DNA of 64,000 nucleotides, from contig CBFIDX010000006.1 of the NCBI GenBank assembly GCA_965661505.1, positions 4,473 to 68,472 of the forward strand. Reading direction: 5' to 3'. The notes under the pieces were generated by a model. The model saw nothing but the letters and a program-made list of their open reading frames with translations, was not told the origin of the DNA and ran no database searches. Source of the DNA: Flavobacteriales bacterium (GTDB lineage Bacteria; Bacteroidota; Bacteroidia; Flavobacteriales; UBA7312). The position numbers and the translations under genes were made by a program. Every line of letters starts with the position of its first letter. The stretch's first letter is position 1. Of the stretch, positions 40,728 through 51,078 are shown piece by piece.

Positions 40728-43511
40728 TTACTGAACAATTAGTTTTTCTATGCGTTTTTCGGAATTACTTTCTATGGTAATGTAATATAAACCACTGGGC
40801 CAATTAGAGGTGTTGATCTTTTGTTGAGCGATTGGTTCAGCGAATGTTTGCTGCAGTATCAGTTTGCCAAGGGCATCATGTGCCGTAACCTTCTGAATGT
40901 TAAAGTCTGTACAGTTGATGTTAAATGCCTTGCTAGCAGGGTTGGGGTATATTTCAAAAGAACCTTTGTTAATTGAAGCGACTGCGGAGGTTGGGAAAAG
41001 TTGATTGATGTCGGTAATATGGGTACTGTAAACACCTGTTCCGTGTGTACCTACTACCAGCCAGCCATCTGCTTGCCTCACTTTAATATTTTCTACTACC
41101 ACATTACCAATGGTCTCGGTACCAATTTGCGTCCATTCCGTAGTAACATCGGGTGTAAAGCCTGTGTAGTAGGGCTGTAGGCTGTCAGTAGCATATAAAC
41201 CTGTACTAGTAGCCATTAAATAAACCGCTTGTCCGTTGAGGTATAAAATTTGTGCCGAACGACAAGAGGGTCCATCACCCGCTCCAGTATAAAAACCGGA
41301 TCCATTGGGTTCTTCTAAGTTTCCAGAGATATTGCCCCAAGTGCTTCCAGCATCATCAGAATAAAAAATAGAATTGGTGTTGTAGTTAGAGAAAGTGACA
41401 ATAATATTATTGGCATCAATGGGGTCGATGCAGATATGGGTGATGAACCCACTATTTGGAAACAAATTATCTGTTAGCTCCTGATGAGGGGGGTTGATGA
41501 AAGTAGCATTATTGATGCGATATAATTTTCCTTGATCCGTTCCATAGTACACTTTGTTTTGTGCCGATGGTGTAGCGGCAATGGCGGTTATATTTTGTAA
41601 ACTATCAGTTCCTACAAAATTGGGATTTAGCTCGGTCCAGCCATCCATAATTCTGTTGTGATCGTTATTGTACGGAAAGCTGTTGGCGGCTTCCTGTCTC
41701 CAAATGGTATTACCTTCTGGAAAGTAGAGTATTTCATCATTGTCAGGTACCATGCATAGTTGATTAATGAATTGAAAATCGGATGTATCGGCATCGGCAG
41801 GATCCATTCGATTAAATGCCTGTATCGTTCCATTGTTATCGAGCTGCATCTTGTACAGTACTCCTCGCTGGATCTGTATGTAAAAATCCTCATTATTATC
41901 GGCAATTTCGGAGTAGGTGCCATCCCCATTAAAAGGCATGGTCCATTCTTGCATAGGATCGCCCGAAAAATTGATGAAATTACCGTTGTCTTGAAAACCA
42001 CCCAATATAAGCGGATTGCTAACATCTTTGCTAATCGATACCGAATACAGTTGGGTAGTCTGATAGCCGTTGTTTAAGCGTTCCCAGCTATGTGGCGTAG
42101 CCAAACAGTTGTTTGATTTATAAATTCCTCCGTCCGTAGCACTAATGACAACATTTGGGTCTGAAGGCAAAAATAGCAAGTCGTGTTGATCGGGGTGGTG
42201 GGTGTCGTAAATATCCCAGTTTCCTTGTCCGTGATAGGAGCCTTCGTAATACCCCCCAATCTGGGTGGTGTTGCTATCTGATTGGAAGCCGTCTGTTGAT
42301 CGCCATAGGTTGGTTCCACCAATAAAGACAATATCTGGGTTGTCTGGTTTAACCTTCACCAATAAGTCATACCCACCTTGGGCATTGAAGTTATCAAAAG
42401 TAGTGGGTCTGTTGGCAGGAATGCTAGCCGATAAATCTTCCCAAACACCACAAGTATCGCTGCCATCACCACATAAGTAGGTGTATTTATACAAAGAAGT
42501 CCATGTTTGTCCATTAAAAAAGGTATTGGTAAACTGACCTGCGCCGTCTGTTTCAGCAATTAGGAAATAAATTTCGTTCTCGTCGGATGGGTTGATGCCA
42601 ATAGCAGCTCGCCCGTAAATCTGTGGGAAGGAAGAGGGTTGTATGCGATTCCAGCTTATCCCGTCTGCCGAACGCCAAATCCCTTTATCAGTACCGTCTG
42701 AGCTAAGGGTAGCATACACTACTCCGTTGCTTGTCACTTCCAAATTGTTGTAATAAGCGTTACCACCCCCTAAAACCTGATTCCAGCTTTGTCCTCCATC
42801 AACCGACCGATGGATGGATCCGTAGGTGGCACAATACAATTCATCTTCATTAAGGTTGGAGGGGTCAAGAGCGATGTTCCAAATAAAATCCCAAGGATTA
42901 AAAGCCCCTGCAGCAACGTTGTCTGCTGTGATAGGAATGGAGTCCCAGCTCATCCCACCATCTATCGACTTATAGATTCCATTTCCATCAAAATAGGCAT
43001 CGCCACCACCTGCCGATGAGCCCGAAAGCTCACCAGAGCCATGGTACCAAATGTGTTCTTTTCCAGGACGCGTGTCTTGGTCGATACAGGTAACATTGTG
43101 TAGTTGAAAATGACGTGTCATTTTACTCCAGCTTTGTCCCTGATCGGTAGAGCGCCAAACACCTCCAGATGCCCCACCAGCAATTAAAATATTTTCGTCT
43201 GTGCAATCGATTGCCAAAGCCCTGGTTCTTCCTCCTACATTGTAGGGCCCTTCGGCAGTCCAGTTAAGTCCGCTATTCCCAAGGTCGTTAGGCAGCGTTT
43301 GGGCAAAGCGCATTTCCCTACTTCGAATGTTTTTAGGTAGGGCTAGGGAGTTAGGGTCTGCCAAGCGTTTGGCATCCCATGCTTTTCGGCCAATAGGTGC
43401 CTCACCGGGTTTTCTAAATCCATCGTTAAAGTTGATGGGCTTAGGAGTGGATACGAAGAGGAAGCCAAGGGCTCCAATAAAGGCCAATGCTATGAGGTAA
43501 AACTTTTTCAT
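40728..43511 (-). CDS. Secreted BNR/Asp-box repeat beta-propeller protein with a T9SS C-terminal sorting domain
   Basis: 927 aa with an N-terminal signal peptide. It has multiple S-x-D-x-G-x-(S/T)-W boxes (STDQGQSW, SIDGGMSW, SVDGGQSW, SADGISW, SDDAGSTW). The C-terminus is FEIYPNPASKAFNI...LYYITIESNSEKRIEKLIVQ. Confidence 0.8.
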   Translation of the reverse strand: MKKFYLIALAFIGALGFLFVSTPKPINFNDGFRKPGEAPIGRKAWDAKRLADPNSLALPKNIRSREMRFAQTLPNDLGNSGLNWTAEGPYNVGGRTRALAIDCTDENILIAGGASGGVWRSTDQGQSWSKMTRHFQLHNVTCIDQDTRPGKEHIWYHGSGELSGSSAGGGDAYFDGNGIYKSIDGGMSWDSIPITADNVAAGAFNPWDFIWNIALDPSNLNEDELYCATYGSIHRSVDGGQSWNQVLGGGNAYYNNLEVTSNGVVYATLSSDGTDKGIWRSADGISWNRIQPSSFPQIYGRAAIGINPSDENEIYFLIAETDGAGQFTNTFFNGQTWTSLYKYTYLCGDGSDTCGVWEDLSASIPANRPTTFDNFNAQGGYDLLVKVKPDNPDIVFIGGTNLWRSTDGFQSDSNTTQIGGYYEGSYHGQGNWDIYDTHHPDQHDLLFLPSDPNVVISATDGGIYKSNNCLATPHSWERLNNGYQTTQLYSVSISKDVSNPLILGGFQDNGNFINFSGDPMQEWTMPFNGDGTYSEIADNNEDFYIQIQRGVLYKMQLDNNGTIQAFNRMDPADADTSDFQFINQLCMVPDNDEILYFPEGNTIWRQEAANSFPYNNDHNRIMDGWTELNPNFVGTDSLQNITAIAATPSAQNKVYYGTDQGKLYRINNATFINPPHQELTDNLFPNSGFITHICIDPIDANNIIVTFSNYNTNSIFYSDDAGSTWGNISGNLEEPNGSGFYTGAGDGPSCRSAQILYLNGQAVYLMATSTGLYATDSLQPYYTGFTPDVTTEWTQIGTETIGNVVVENIKVRQADGWLVVGTHGTGVYSTHITDINQLFPTSAVASINKGSFEIYPNPASKAFNINCTDFNIQKVTAHDALGKLILQQTFAEPIAQQKINTSNWPSGLYYITIESNSEKRIEKLIVQ

Positions 43512-43538
43512 AAAAATGATTTATATGGAGGTACTAAA

Positions 43539-44861
43539 TTATAAATTATTAATGAGTTCTTGAGCCCTTAAAACACGATCGCTAACCGAAATGCCATGGG
43601 CATAGTTTCCTAAAATATAAAACGCTGGGTGCAAGGAAGCATGCTGTTGCAAAGCATCTAGCAGTTGTTGGTGCTGAAGGTCGTATTGGGGAATGGCTTT
43701 TCCCCAACGCAAGTGTTTTTCCATACATGGCTCACCTTCTATGGAAAGGAGTTCTTTTAGTTCACCTAAAAGAATAGGAGCCACCTTTTTTGGATCTTCC
43801 TCACAAAGCTGAGCTTGCCTGCTGCCACCAACAATTAGGGTAAAAAGCTCTTTGCCCTGCGGAGCAGTATGGGCAAAAAAACGACTATTAAACAAGGCTC
43901 CTAAAAAATGTTTATTGTCTGTTGCTTTGGTAAGTATTCCGAAGCCAGGAATTTGGTTTTTTACCTGTTTTTTGTCAAAGCCAAAATGATACACATCCAC
44001 TGGCACGTATTCAATGCTTTTCAGTTTTGTGCTCAATTCATCCGCTTCGATCAAGGCTGCTAGTTGAGGTGCTGCTAGGGTACATATCAGCTGTTTGCAT
44101 TCAAAAACCCCTTTGGAGGTATGTAGTTTATAGCCCTGGTCTATGTTCTCAATTTTTTGCACTTCCGTGTGGGTGTGCAGCCTTGTGCCTAAGCCTTGTC
44201 CTATGGCATCGCACAGTTGGCCCAAGCCCTTCGGGAAACTAAAAATTGTTTGGGCAGGGAGTCCCTTCCTTTCTTTTTGTTTCTGAATCAGTCCTTTTAT
44301 AACACTACCATACTCTTGTTCCAATCCCCACAAAGATTTAAGGGCAAATTTCACACTCATTTTTTCTGGGTTTCCTGCATAGATGCCAGTTACAAAGGGA
44401 ACAATGAACTGTTGGTAAAAAGCATTCCCAAAACGTTTTTTACAAAAGGCAGCAACACTGCTATCAGCGGTGTGCTTAGCAGCATAAAAATCCTGCAGCA
44501 CGGCCAATTTTTCTTTCCAGTTAAGTAGGGGAGAGCGCACAAAAGACCAAGGGCTGGTAGGGATTTGTTGAAGCTTATCTTGGTACAATACAAAGCGGCT
44601 TTGAGCTGCACTTTGGGCGGGCCTACAAACCTCCTGGGATAAGCCCAATTCGGCAATCAGCTCTTCTATGGCAGGGTTATTCATCAAGACCGTATTGGGT
44701 CCGTTTTCGCAAACAAAACCCGCTACTAATTGCGAGCAGATGTTTCCGCCCACAGTAGGAGCCGTTTCTAACACTAAAAAATCTTCTTTTTTTTGCTGTA
44801 AAAAATGGGCTGCACTAAGGCCGCTGATTCCTGCGCCAATTATGATTGTTTTATGCTTCAT
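43539..44861 (-). CDS. hemY: Protoporphyrinogen oxidase (FAD-dependent, HemY type)
   Basis: 440 aa with the N-terminal FAD fold IIIGAGISGLSAA and LETAPTVGGN. The overall length and pattern fit PPOX. Confidence 0.75.
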   Translation of the reverse strand: MKHKTIIIGAGISGLSAAHFLQQKKEDFLVLETAPTVGGNICSQLVAGFVCENGPNTVLMNNPAIEELIAELGLSQEVCRPAQSAAQSRFVLYQDKLQQIPTSPWSFVRSPLLNWKEKLAVLQDFYAAKHTADSSVAAFCKKRFGNAFYQQFIVPFVTGIYAGNPEKMSVKFALKSLWGLEQEYGSVIKGLIQKQKERKGLPAQTIFSFPKGLGQLCDAIGQGLGTRLHTHTEVQKIENIDQGYKLHTSKGVFECKQLICTLAAPQLAALIEADELSTKLKSIEYVPVDVYHFGFDKKQVKNQIPGFGILTKATDNKHFLGALFNSRFFAHTAPQGKELFTLIVGGSRQAQLCEEDPKKVAPILLGELKELLSIEGEPCMEKHLRWGKAIPQYDLQHQQLLDALQQHASLHPAFYILGNYAHGISVSDRVLRAQELINNL

Positions 44862-44935
44862 TATTGCTTTTACAAATCTACCTAAAATACAATAACCATA
44901 TTCTCTTATATTTGTGCTAAAATATTTCCTTTTTT

Positions 44936-47900
44936 ATGGAACAGATACCTCCGTACAAACCCAAAAACAAAGTGCGCATTGTTACCGCTGCTTCTCTTTT
45001 TGATGGCCACGATGCAGCCATAAACATCATGCGCAGAATCATACAGGCTACTGGCTGTGAAGTAATCCATCTAGGACACGACCGATCGGTAGAGGAGGTG
45101 GTAAACTGCGCCATAGAGGAAGATGCCAATGCCATTGCCATGACCTCATACCAGGGGGGGCACAGCGAGTATTTAAAATACATGTACGATTTGTTGCAAG
45201 AAAAAGGAGCTTCTCATATTCAAATTTTTGCCGGCGGAGGTGGGACCATCCTGCCGGAAGAAATTAAAGAACTTCATGCCTACGGCATTACGCGCATCTA
45301 CCACCCGGACGATGGCAGAGCCATGGGCTTACAAGGAATGATCAACGATTTAGTGAAACAAGCCGACTATCCTACAGGAATGGATACCGATGGTTGTTTG
45401 GATGATTTAAGCAATGTGCAAAACATTGCCAAACTGATTTCGGCAGCAGAAAATTATCCAGAAGCATCCAAAAAAATACTAGCGCAAGTAAAAGCTTTAT
45501 CTGCCAAATCAAAAACGCCTGTCCTCGGAATTACTGGAACGGGGGGAGCGGGTAAGTCCTCTCTTGTAGATGAGTTGGTGCGTCGCTTTTTGATTGATTT
45601 TAGCGATAAGCGCATTGCCATTGTATCGGTTGACCCTTCTAAGCGAAAAACAGGCGGGGCCTTGTTGGGCGATAGAATTCGCATGAATGCTATTAAGAGC
45701 AACAGAGTGTATATGCGCTCTTTGGCAACGCGTCAAGCCAACCTAGCACTTTCGGCGCATGTAAACGATGCCCTCGATATTTTGAGGGCCGCCCAGTACG
45801 ATTTGGTAATTTTAGAAACTTCAGGTATTGGTCAGTCAGATACAGAGATTTTGGAGCATTCGGATGCTTCGCTTTATGTAATGACTCCAGAATATGGAGC
45901 TGCAACACAGCTGGAAAAGATTGATATGCTGGATTTTGCGGACCTCATTGCCATCAATAAATTTGATAAACGAGGCTCTTTAGATGCTTTACGAGATGTA
46001 AAGAAACAATACCAACGCAATCATCAGCTATTTACTCAAGACGTGGATGAGATGCCTGTTTTTGGTACGATTGCCTCTCAATTTAATGATCCAGGAGCAA
46101 ATTCTTTGTACAAAGCCTTGATGGATAAAGTAGTAGAGAAAACAGGAGCTAATCTTAAGTCTACTTTTGAGATTACCAAAGAGATGTCTGAAAAAATCTT
46201 TGTCATTCCACCCAAAAGGATTCGTTATTTGTCAGAAATTTCGGACAATAACCGTGCTTATGATAAGTGGTCTGAAGCACAAAAAAATGTAGCTCAAGAG
46301 TTGTACGCCATTCATAAATCCATGCTGACCATCAATCGCTCAAGCCTTTCAGATAAAGATCGTTTGCTGAAAGGATTGCAAGAAGCTTATGCTCAACGAC
46401 TGATGGATTTAGATCCAAAAAATAAGCAGTTGATTGAGGGTTGGGACGGACTAAGAGAAGCCTACAAAGCCCCTGAATATACTTTTAAGGTTCGTGATAA
46501 AGAATTGGTGATTAAAACGCATACAAAGTCATTGTCTCACTCAGATATACCCAAAGTTTGCCTGCCTAAATACGAAGCTTGGGGAGATGTGTTGCAGTGG
46601 CAATTGCAAGAAAATGTACCTGGAAAATTTCCTTATACAGCAGGTTTGTTTCCTTTCAAAAGAGAGGGCGAAGATCCTACCCGTATGTTTGCCGGTGAAG
46701 GAGGTCCAGAAAGAACGAATAAGCGTTTTCATTATGTAAGTTTAGGCATGCCTGCTAAGCGTTTATCTACCGCTTTTGATTCAGTAACCTTATATGGAAA
46801 TGATCCGGATTACCGACCAGATATTTACGGAAAAATAGGTAACTCTGGAGTGTCTATCTGCTGTTTAGATGATGCCAAAAAATTGTATTCTGGTTTCGAT
46901 TTAAGCAACCCCACCACATCGGTATCCATGACCATTAATGGGCCTGCACCCATGCTTTTAGCTTACTTCATGAATGCAGCCATTGATCAGAACTGCGAAA
47001 AGTATATCCAAGAGAACGATTTGCAGAAAGAGGTAGAGAAAAAAATCGAAAAACTATACAAAGGGAAGAAACGCCCCCAATACCAAGGCGATTTGCCCGA
47101 AGGGAACGACGGCTTGGGCTTGATGCTTTTGGGTGTGACGGGCGATCAGGTGTTGCCGCAAGCCGTTTATGAAAAAATTAAAGCCCAGACCTTAACCAAA
47201 GTAAGAGGAACGGTACAAGCCGACATCTTAAAAGAAGATCAGGCACAAAACACGTGTATTTTCTCTACTGAATTTGCATTGAGAATGATGGGTGATGTGC
47301 AGTCTTATTTCATTGATAATGGGGTGCGTAACTTCTATTCGGTATCTATTTCTGGCTATCACATTGCAGAGGCAGGAGCCAACCCTATCTCACAGTTGGC
47401 ATTTACTTTAGCCAATGGTTTTACTTATGTAGAATACTACCTTAGTAGGGGGATGGACATCAATAAGTTTGGTCCTAACCTATCCTTCTTTTTCTCTAAC
47501 GGTGTAGATCCGGAATATGCTGTTATTGGTCGTGTAGCTAGAAGAATATGGGCAAAAGCAATGAAGCATAAGTACGGCGCCAACGAGCGAGCACAGATGT
47601 TAAAGTACCACATCCAAACATCTGGCCGTTCCTTGCATGCTCAAGAGATAGATTTTAACGATATCCGTACAACGCTACAAGCTTTGTATGCCATTTATGA
47701 CAACTGTAATTCTTTACATACCAACGCCTACGATGAGGCCATTACGACCCCAACGGAAGATTCGGTGCGTAGGGCCATGGCTATTCAGCTTATCATCAAT
47801 AAGGAACTGGGTTTAACGAAGAATGAGAACCCCATCCAGGGTGCCTTTATCATTGAGGAATTAACTGATTTGGTAGAAGAAGCTGTGTTAACTGAGTTTG

Positions 47901-48304
47901 ATCGAATTACTGAAAGGGGGGGAGTGCTTGGCGCCATGGAAACCATGTATCAACGTTCTAAAATACAGGAGGAATCTTTGTATTATGAAACCTTGAAGCA
48001 TACTGGAGAATACCCCATTATTGGAGTGAATACATTCTTGAATTCTAAGGGTTCCCCTACGGTGGTTCCTACCGAGGTCATACGGGCTACCACTGAAGAA
48101 AAAGAGTATCAAATTAGCATGTTAAAAAACCTTCATGCTCAGAAATCAGCAGCGTCCAAACAAAGCTTAAGCAAACTGCAACAAGCGGCCATACAAAATC
48201 AAAACATCTTTGAAGTATTGATGGAAGCTACCAAGCATTGTAGCTTAGGACAAATTACCTTCGCCTTGTTTGAAGTAGGAGGGCAGTATAGAAGGAATAT
48301 GTAG
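44936..48304 (+). CDS. icmF: Fused isobutyryl-CoA mutase (IcmF-type: B12-binding domain, MeaB-like GTPase and mutase barrel)
   Basis: 1122 aa. The N-terminal B12 domain has [15 protein letters not shown]-loop GTPase follows ([26 protein letters not shown]). The C-terminal acyl-CoA mutase substrate domain has [21 protein letters not shown]. Confidence 0.85.
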   Translation: MEQIPPYKPKNKVRIVTAASLFDGHDAAINIMRRIIQATGCEVIHLGHDRSVEEVVNCAIEEDANAIAMTSYQGGHSEYLKYMYDLLQEKGASHIQIFAGGGGTILPEEIKELHAYGITRIYHPDDGRAMGLQGMINDLVKQADYPTGMDTDGCLDDLSNVQNIAKLISAAENYPEASKKILAQVKALSAKSKTPVLGITGTGGAGKSSLVDELVRRFLIDFSDKRIAIVSVDPSKRKTGGALLGDRIRMNAIKSNRVYMRSLATRQANLALSAHVNDALDILRAAQYDLVILETSGIGQSDTEILEHSDASLYVMTPEYGAATQLEKIDMLDFADLIAINKFDKRGSLDALRDVKKQYQRNHQLFTQDVDEMPVFGTIASQFNDPGANSLYKALMDKVVEKTGANLKSTFEITKEMSEKIFVIPPKRIRYLSEISDNNRAYDKWSEAQKNVAQELYAIHKSMLTINRSSLSDKDRLLKGLQEAYAQRLMDLDPKNKQLIEGWDGLREAYKAPEYTFKVRDKELVIKTHTKSLSHSDIPKVCLPKYEAWGDVLQWQLQENVPGKFPYTAGLFPFKREGEDPTRMFAGEGGPERTNKRFHYVSLGMPAKRLSTAFDSVTLYGNDPDYRPDIYGKIGNSGVSICCLDDAKKLYSGFDLSNPTTSVSMTINGPAPMLLAYFMNAAIDQNCEKYIQENDLQKEVEKKIEKLYKGKKRPQYQGDLPEGNDGLGLMLLGVTGDQVLPQAVYEKIKAQTLTKVRGTVQADILKEDQAQNTCIFSTEFALRMMGDVQSYFIDNGVRNFYSVSISGYHIAEAGANPISQLAFTLANGFTYVEYYLSRGMDINKFGPNLSFFFSNGVDPEYAVIGRVARRIWAKAMKHKYGANERAQMLKYHIQTSGRSLHAQEIDFNDIRTTLQALYAIYDNCNSLHTNAYDEAITTPTEDSVRRAMAIQLIINKELGLTKNENPIQGAFIIEELTDLVEEAVLTEFDRITERGGVLGAMETMYQRSKIQEESLYYETLKHTGEYPIIGVNTFLNSKGSPTVVPTEVIRATTEEKEYQISMLKNLHAQKSAASKQSLSKLQQAAIQNQNIFEVLMEATKHCSLGQITFALFEVGGQYRRNM

Positions 48305-48318
48305 TTTGTTGCTCTTTG

Positions 48319-49326
48319 TTACTTATTCGTGATTTCGTAAATAACGTTGGTTTCCCAATTGGCAGGATTGCTTTCCATAGCAGGGTCAGTAAGGTACATC
48401 TCATAAGCGCTTCCTTGAATGACATACCCTTTCTCAGCAGCGTACTCATGCAATGCACCGTGCGTTTTCCCCACCGTTTCATAAGCTCCAAAATGACTGG
48501 CTTGCAGGGTGTTTCCTTCTTGGCTTGTACCTAGTTGCACCCTTCCCTCTGTTTCTATTACTGCTTCTACAAACGTACCTGCTTTGAGCACAACGATGTC
48601 TTTGTCACCAGCTTGCAAAGGAAAACGCTCGTACCTAGCAAAAGGTTGACTGGTAGGCATGACTCCTTGCATGGCAATGGTCTGATAGACCTCTCCATAT
48701 AACTCACCTAACTTGGTACCGATGTCGTTAACAGAACAGCTATCAAGAATGTACACATAGGTTTGTGCGGGCCAACTGATCAATTCAACAGTCCCTGTTC
48801 TTGCAGGAAGCCCTTCGCAATGAGCTTTTAAATTACTAAGTCCTTTTTCAAAATCTTTGCCCATCATCACATCAAAAATAGGCCCCATCCCTCGCATTAA
48901 AAAGTCTAAATCGCCTTCATCTGTCCATGTCACTTTAACTCCCATTTCGGTAGGTTCAAAAATGAAGTGACCTTCAAAAGTGTTCCAGTCGTCAATGCTG
49001 ATGTCAAAATCGATTTGTTTGAGTAATTCACTATTGGTAATGCGCATCGTTCCGTTACCTACTTTTTCGCTGGTCCAGCTTCTGCTGGCTCCTACTCCAT
49101 AAGTGCGATCACCAAAACTATAGCTCATAGTGCTATCCATCTCTGACCATACTTCCCAATTGTCCCAATTAGTGAAATTATTGACTTGGTTAAAAACAAT
49201 GGTTGGGTCTGCATCAATTTCAATATTTCTACTGACCTCAAAACGGTCCGGTAATACGAAACAGGCTAAAAGATACAATGCTAGGATGCCTAAAATGGCA
49301 TAGAGGAAAATTTTTAAGACTTTCAT
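48319..49326 (-). CDS. Membrane-anchored SRPBCC-domain / GyrI-like-domain fusion protein
   Basis: 335 aa with an N-terminal TM helix. An SRPBCC-like half (FEVSRNIEIDADPTIVFNQV...) is followed by a GyrI-like half (...HFGAYETVGKTHGALHEYAAEKGY...YEMYLTDP). Confidence 0.6.
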   Translation of the reverse strand: MKVLKIFLYAILGILALYLLACFVLPDRFEVSRNIEIDADPTIVFNQVNNFTNWDNWEVWSEMDSTMSYSFGDRTYGVGASRSWTSEKVGNGTMRITNSELLKQIDFDISIDDWNTFEGHFIFEPTEMGVKVTWTDEGDLDFLMRGMGPIFDVMMGKDFEKGLSNLKAHCEGLPARTGTVELISWPAQTYVYILDSCSVNDIGTKLGELYGEVYQTIAMQGVMPTSQPFARYERFPLQAGDKDIVVLKAGTFVEAVIETEGRVQLGTSQEGNTLQASHFGAYETVGKTHGALHEYAAEKGYVIQGSAYEMYLTDPAMESNPANWETNVIYEITNK

Positions 49327-49370
49327 GATTTAAATAATTTGGTTAAGGTTGAAGGTACAAATTTATTTTG

Positions 49371-49402
49371 AAAAAAGAAAAGCCACTAAAAAGTGGCTTT
49401 TT
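49371..49402 (-). terminator. Rho-independent terminator downstream of the YceI / small-ORF pair
   Basis: The minus strand reads aaaagccac-ttttta-gtggctttt followed by cttttttc. Confidence 0.6.
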
Positions 49403-49406
49403 GAAT

Positions 49407-49598
49407 TTAGTTCATGAATCCCCTAAAGACATAGAGTAAAAATAAGATAAGTAGCAACACCAATAAAAATAAACTACTCCCTTTATAATGTATTTTATGA
49501 AGCTTTAAATCTTTTCGATAAGACCATATTAGGTAGCCCACGAAAGAAACAGCAAATAATGCTGCGAAGATCCAATGTCCTTTAGTGATGTTCTCCAC
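49407..49598 (-). CDS. Small two-TM membrane protein (hypothetical)
   Basis: 63 aa with two hydrophobic helices. It overlaps the 3' end of the YceI gene by 17 nt and is followed by a terminator. Confidence 0.4.
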   Translation of the reverse strand: MENITKGHWIFAALFAVSFVGYLIWSYRKDLKLHKIHYKGSSLFLLVLLLILFLLYVFRGFMN

Positions 49599-50187
49599 TA
49601 CCGTCTGTGTTAGCTACAATGCTGAACTCGAGTGTTACCTCATCATTAATGGCTTTGTCACCTAGGTCGTCAAAGAAACTATCGGATCCATAACGAACAT
49701 CGTATTTAGAACGATCAAAAGTTAAGCTACCACTAGCAAGGGCGGTAGTGCCTCTTTGGGTCCATTCGATATCAAAAACCACAGGATGTGTTTGTTCCTT
49801 AATTGTTAATGTAGCAATGATGTTGTATCCTTTCTCATTTTGGGTTGCTTTTACCAGTTTAAGGTAAGCCAACGGATGATTAGGCACATCAAAAAAGTCT
49901 TCATTCTTTAGGTGATCAACAAGGTACTGAGCTTTTTTACCTTCTAAATCTGTACAGCTAATGGTGCTCATGTCCACTACAAATTCAGCTTTTACCATGT
50001 TGCCATGATTCACACTGATGTTGCCTTCAGAAATGGAAATATTTCCTTCATGGCTACTGCCTGTGATTTTGCTGCCAACCCATTTAACATTGCTTTTTTT
50101 TGTGTCGATCTTGAAATGATCGGTATGGGCATTGTTAAAAGAGAATAAACCAATGGTAATGGTTAAGAGTAATACTAATTTTTTCAT
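49582..50187 (-). CDS. YceI-family periplasmic protein
   Basis: 201 aa with a signal peptide and YceI-like pattern (S.V.W.G.K..G.SHEG.I....G......G....A.F.VDM.SI...D). Confidence 0.8.
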   Translation of the reverse strand: MKKLVLLLTITIGLFSFNNAHTDHFKIDTKKSNVKWVGSKITGSSHEGNISISEGNISVNHGNMVKAEFVVDMSTISCTDLEGKKAQYLVDHLKNEDFFDVPNHPLAYLKLVKATQNEKGYNIIATLTIKEQTHPVVFDIEWTQRGTTALASGSLTFDRSKYDVRYGSDSFFDDLGDKAINDEVTLEFSIVANTDGSGEHH

Positions 50188-50264
50188 TTTTTTTCATTTT
50201 TATTAATAGCGGTAAATTTAAGCAAAAACTCGGCTATATTTACTGCAAAATAAAAGCTAAAATA

Positions 50265-50666
50265 ATGCAAGATAAAATTGATAAAGTAAGGAAGTTTCAC
50301 GATGTTTTTTTAATAGGCAACGAGGAGAAACCCATTGCTGAGGTAGGAGAAGACACCTATTTATTGAGACATCGCTTGATGCATGAAGAAAATGAGGAGT
50401 ACCTTCAAGCGTGCAAAGAAGGAGATTTAGTAGAGATAGCAGATGCCTTAGGCGATCTTTTGTATATATGGTGTGGAACGGTTCTAAAGCATGGAATGCA
50501 AGATGCAATTTCTGAGATTTTTGAGGAGATACAGCGTTCTAATATGTCAAAATTAGACGCCCATGGAAAACCCATTTTTCGAGAAGATGGCAAAGTGATG
50601 AAAAGCGACCTTTATTTTAAGCCAAATATTAAAGCCATTCTTAAAAAACATGTGGAGCTTACGTAA
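50265..50666 (+). CDS. MazG-like nucleoside triphosphate pyrophosphohydrolase family protein
   Basis: 133 aa, all-alpha. It shows the E..EE...A......E.AD.L.DLLY pattern (EENEEYLQA...VEIADALGDLLYI). Confidence 0.55.
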   Translation: MQDKIDKVRKFHDVFLIGNEEKPIAEVGEDTYLLRHRLMHEENEEYLQACKEGDLVEIADALGDLLYIWCGTVLKHGMQDAISEIFEEIQRSNMSKLDAHGKPIFREDGKVMKSDLYFKPNIKAILKKHVELT

Positions 50667-51078
50667 GGTAAAAGCCTCGGATGCCATTTTTAAACAGGCA
50701 AAAGGCATAAGAACGCAAGTGTTTGTTGAGGAGCAAGGAGTTCCTGAACTCCTAGAGTACGATGAGTATGAGGCTCTTTCTACCCATTTTTTGGTTTTTG
50801 ATCAGGAAAAAGCAGTGGCAACGGCCAGGTGGCGTCAAACAATAGATGGGATTAAGCTTGAGCGCTTTGCTGTTTTGCCTCACTACAGAGGGAAAGGGAT
50901 TGGTAAATTTCTTGTTCAACAAATGATACAAGAAGTTAATTCGCTAAGTGACTGTATTTACCTAAATGCTCAGATACAGGTAGTATCTTTTTATGAGCAG
51001 TTACATTTTGAAAGGGTGGGCCCTCTTTTTGAAGAGGCAGGCATTCAGCATTACAAGATGGTTCTTAAAGATGCATGA
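50650..51078 (+). CDS. GNAT family N-acetyltransferase
   Basis: 142 aa with the acetyl-CoA-binding motif RFAVLPHYRGKGIGKFLV. Confidence 0.8.
   Translation: MWSLRKVKASDAIFKQAKGIRTQVFVEEQGVPELLEYDEYEALSTHFLVFDQEKAVATARWRQTIDGIKLERFAVLPHYRGKGIGKFLVQQMIQEVNSLSDCIYLNAQIQVVSFYEQLHFERVGPLFEEAGIQHYKMVLKDA

Noticed and set aside
41627-43019. Several 67-132 aa ORFs on both strands inside the 927-aa T9SS cargo gene.
   Set aside because: They are nested within a long ORF that has a signal peptide, repeated Asp-boxes and a C-terminal sorting domain. They have no independent support.
44862-44935. A cobalamin riboswitch upstream of icmF, and likewise upstream of the BtuF-like gene at 31422-31464.
   Set aside because: The intergenic spaces are only 74 and 43 nt, too short for a cobalamin riboswitch aptamer of about 200 nt. 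I saw no B12-box-like sequence.
48255-48534. ORFs 48255-48491 (minus strand) and 48316-48534 (plus strand) at the icmF / SRPBCC convergent junction.
   Set aside because: They overlap the 3' ends of two better-supported genes in other frames and have no motifs.
50181-50200. The tandem ttttcatttt duplication, which gives a second ATG upstream of the YceI start.
   Set aside because: The upstream ATG is out of frame with the YceI ORF by 10 nt. The annotated start already gives a normal signal peptide.
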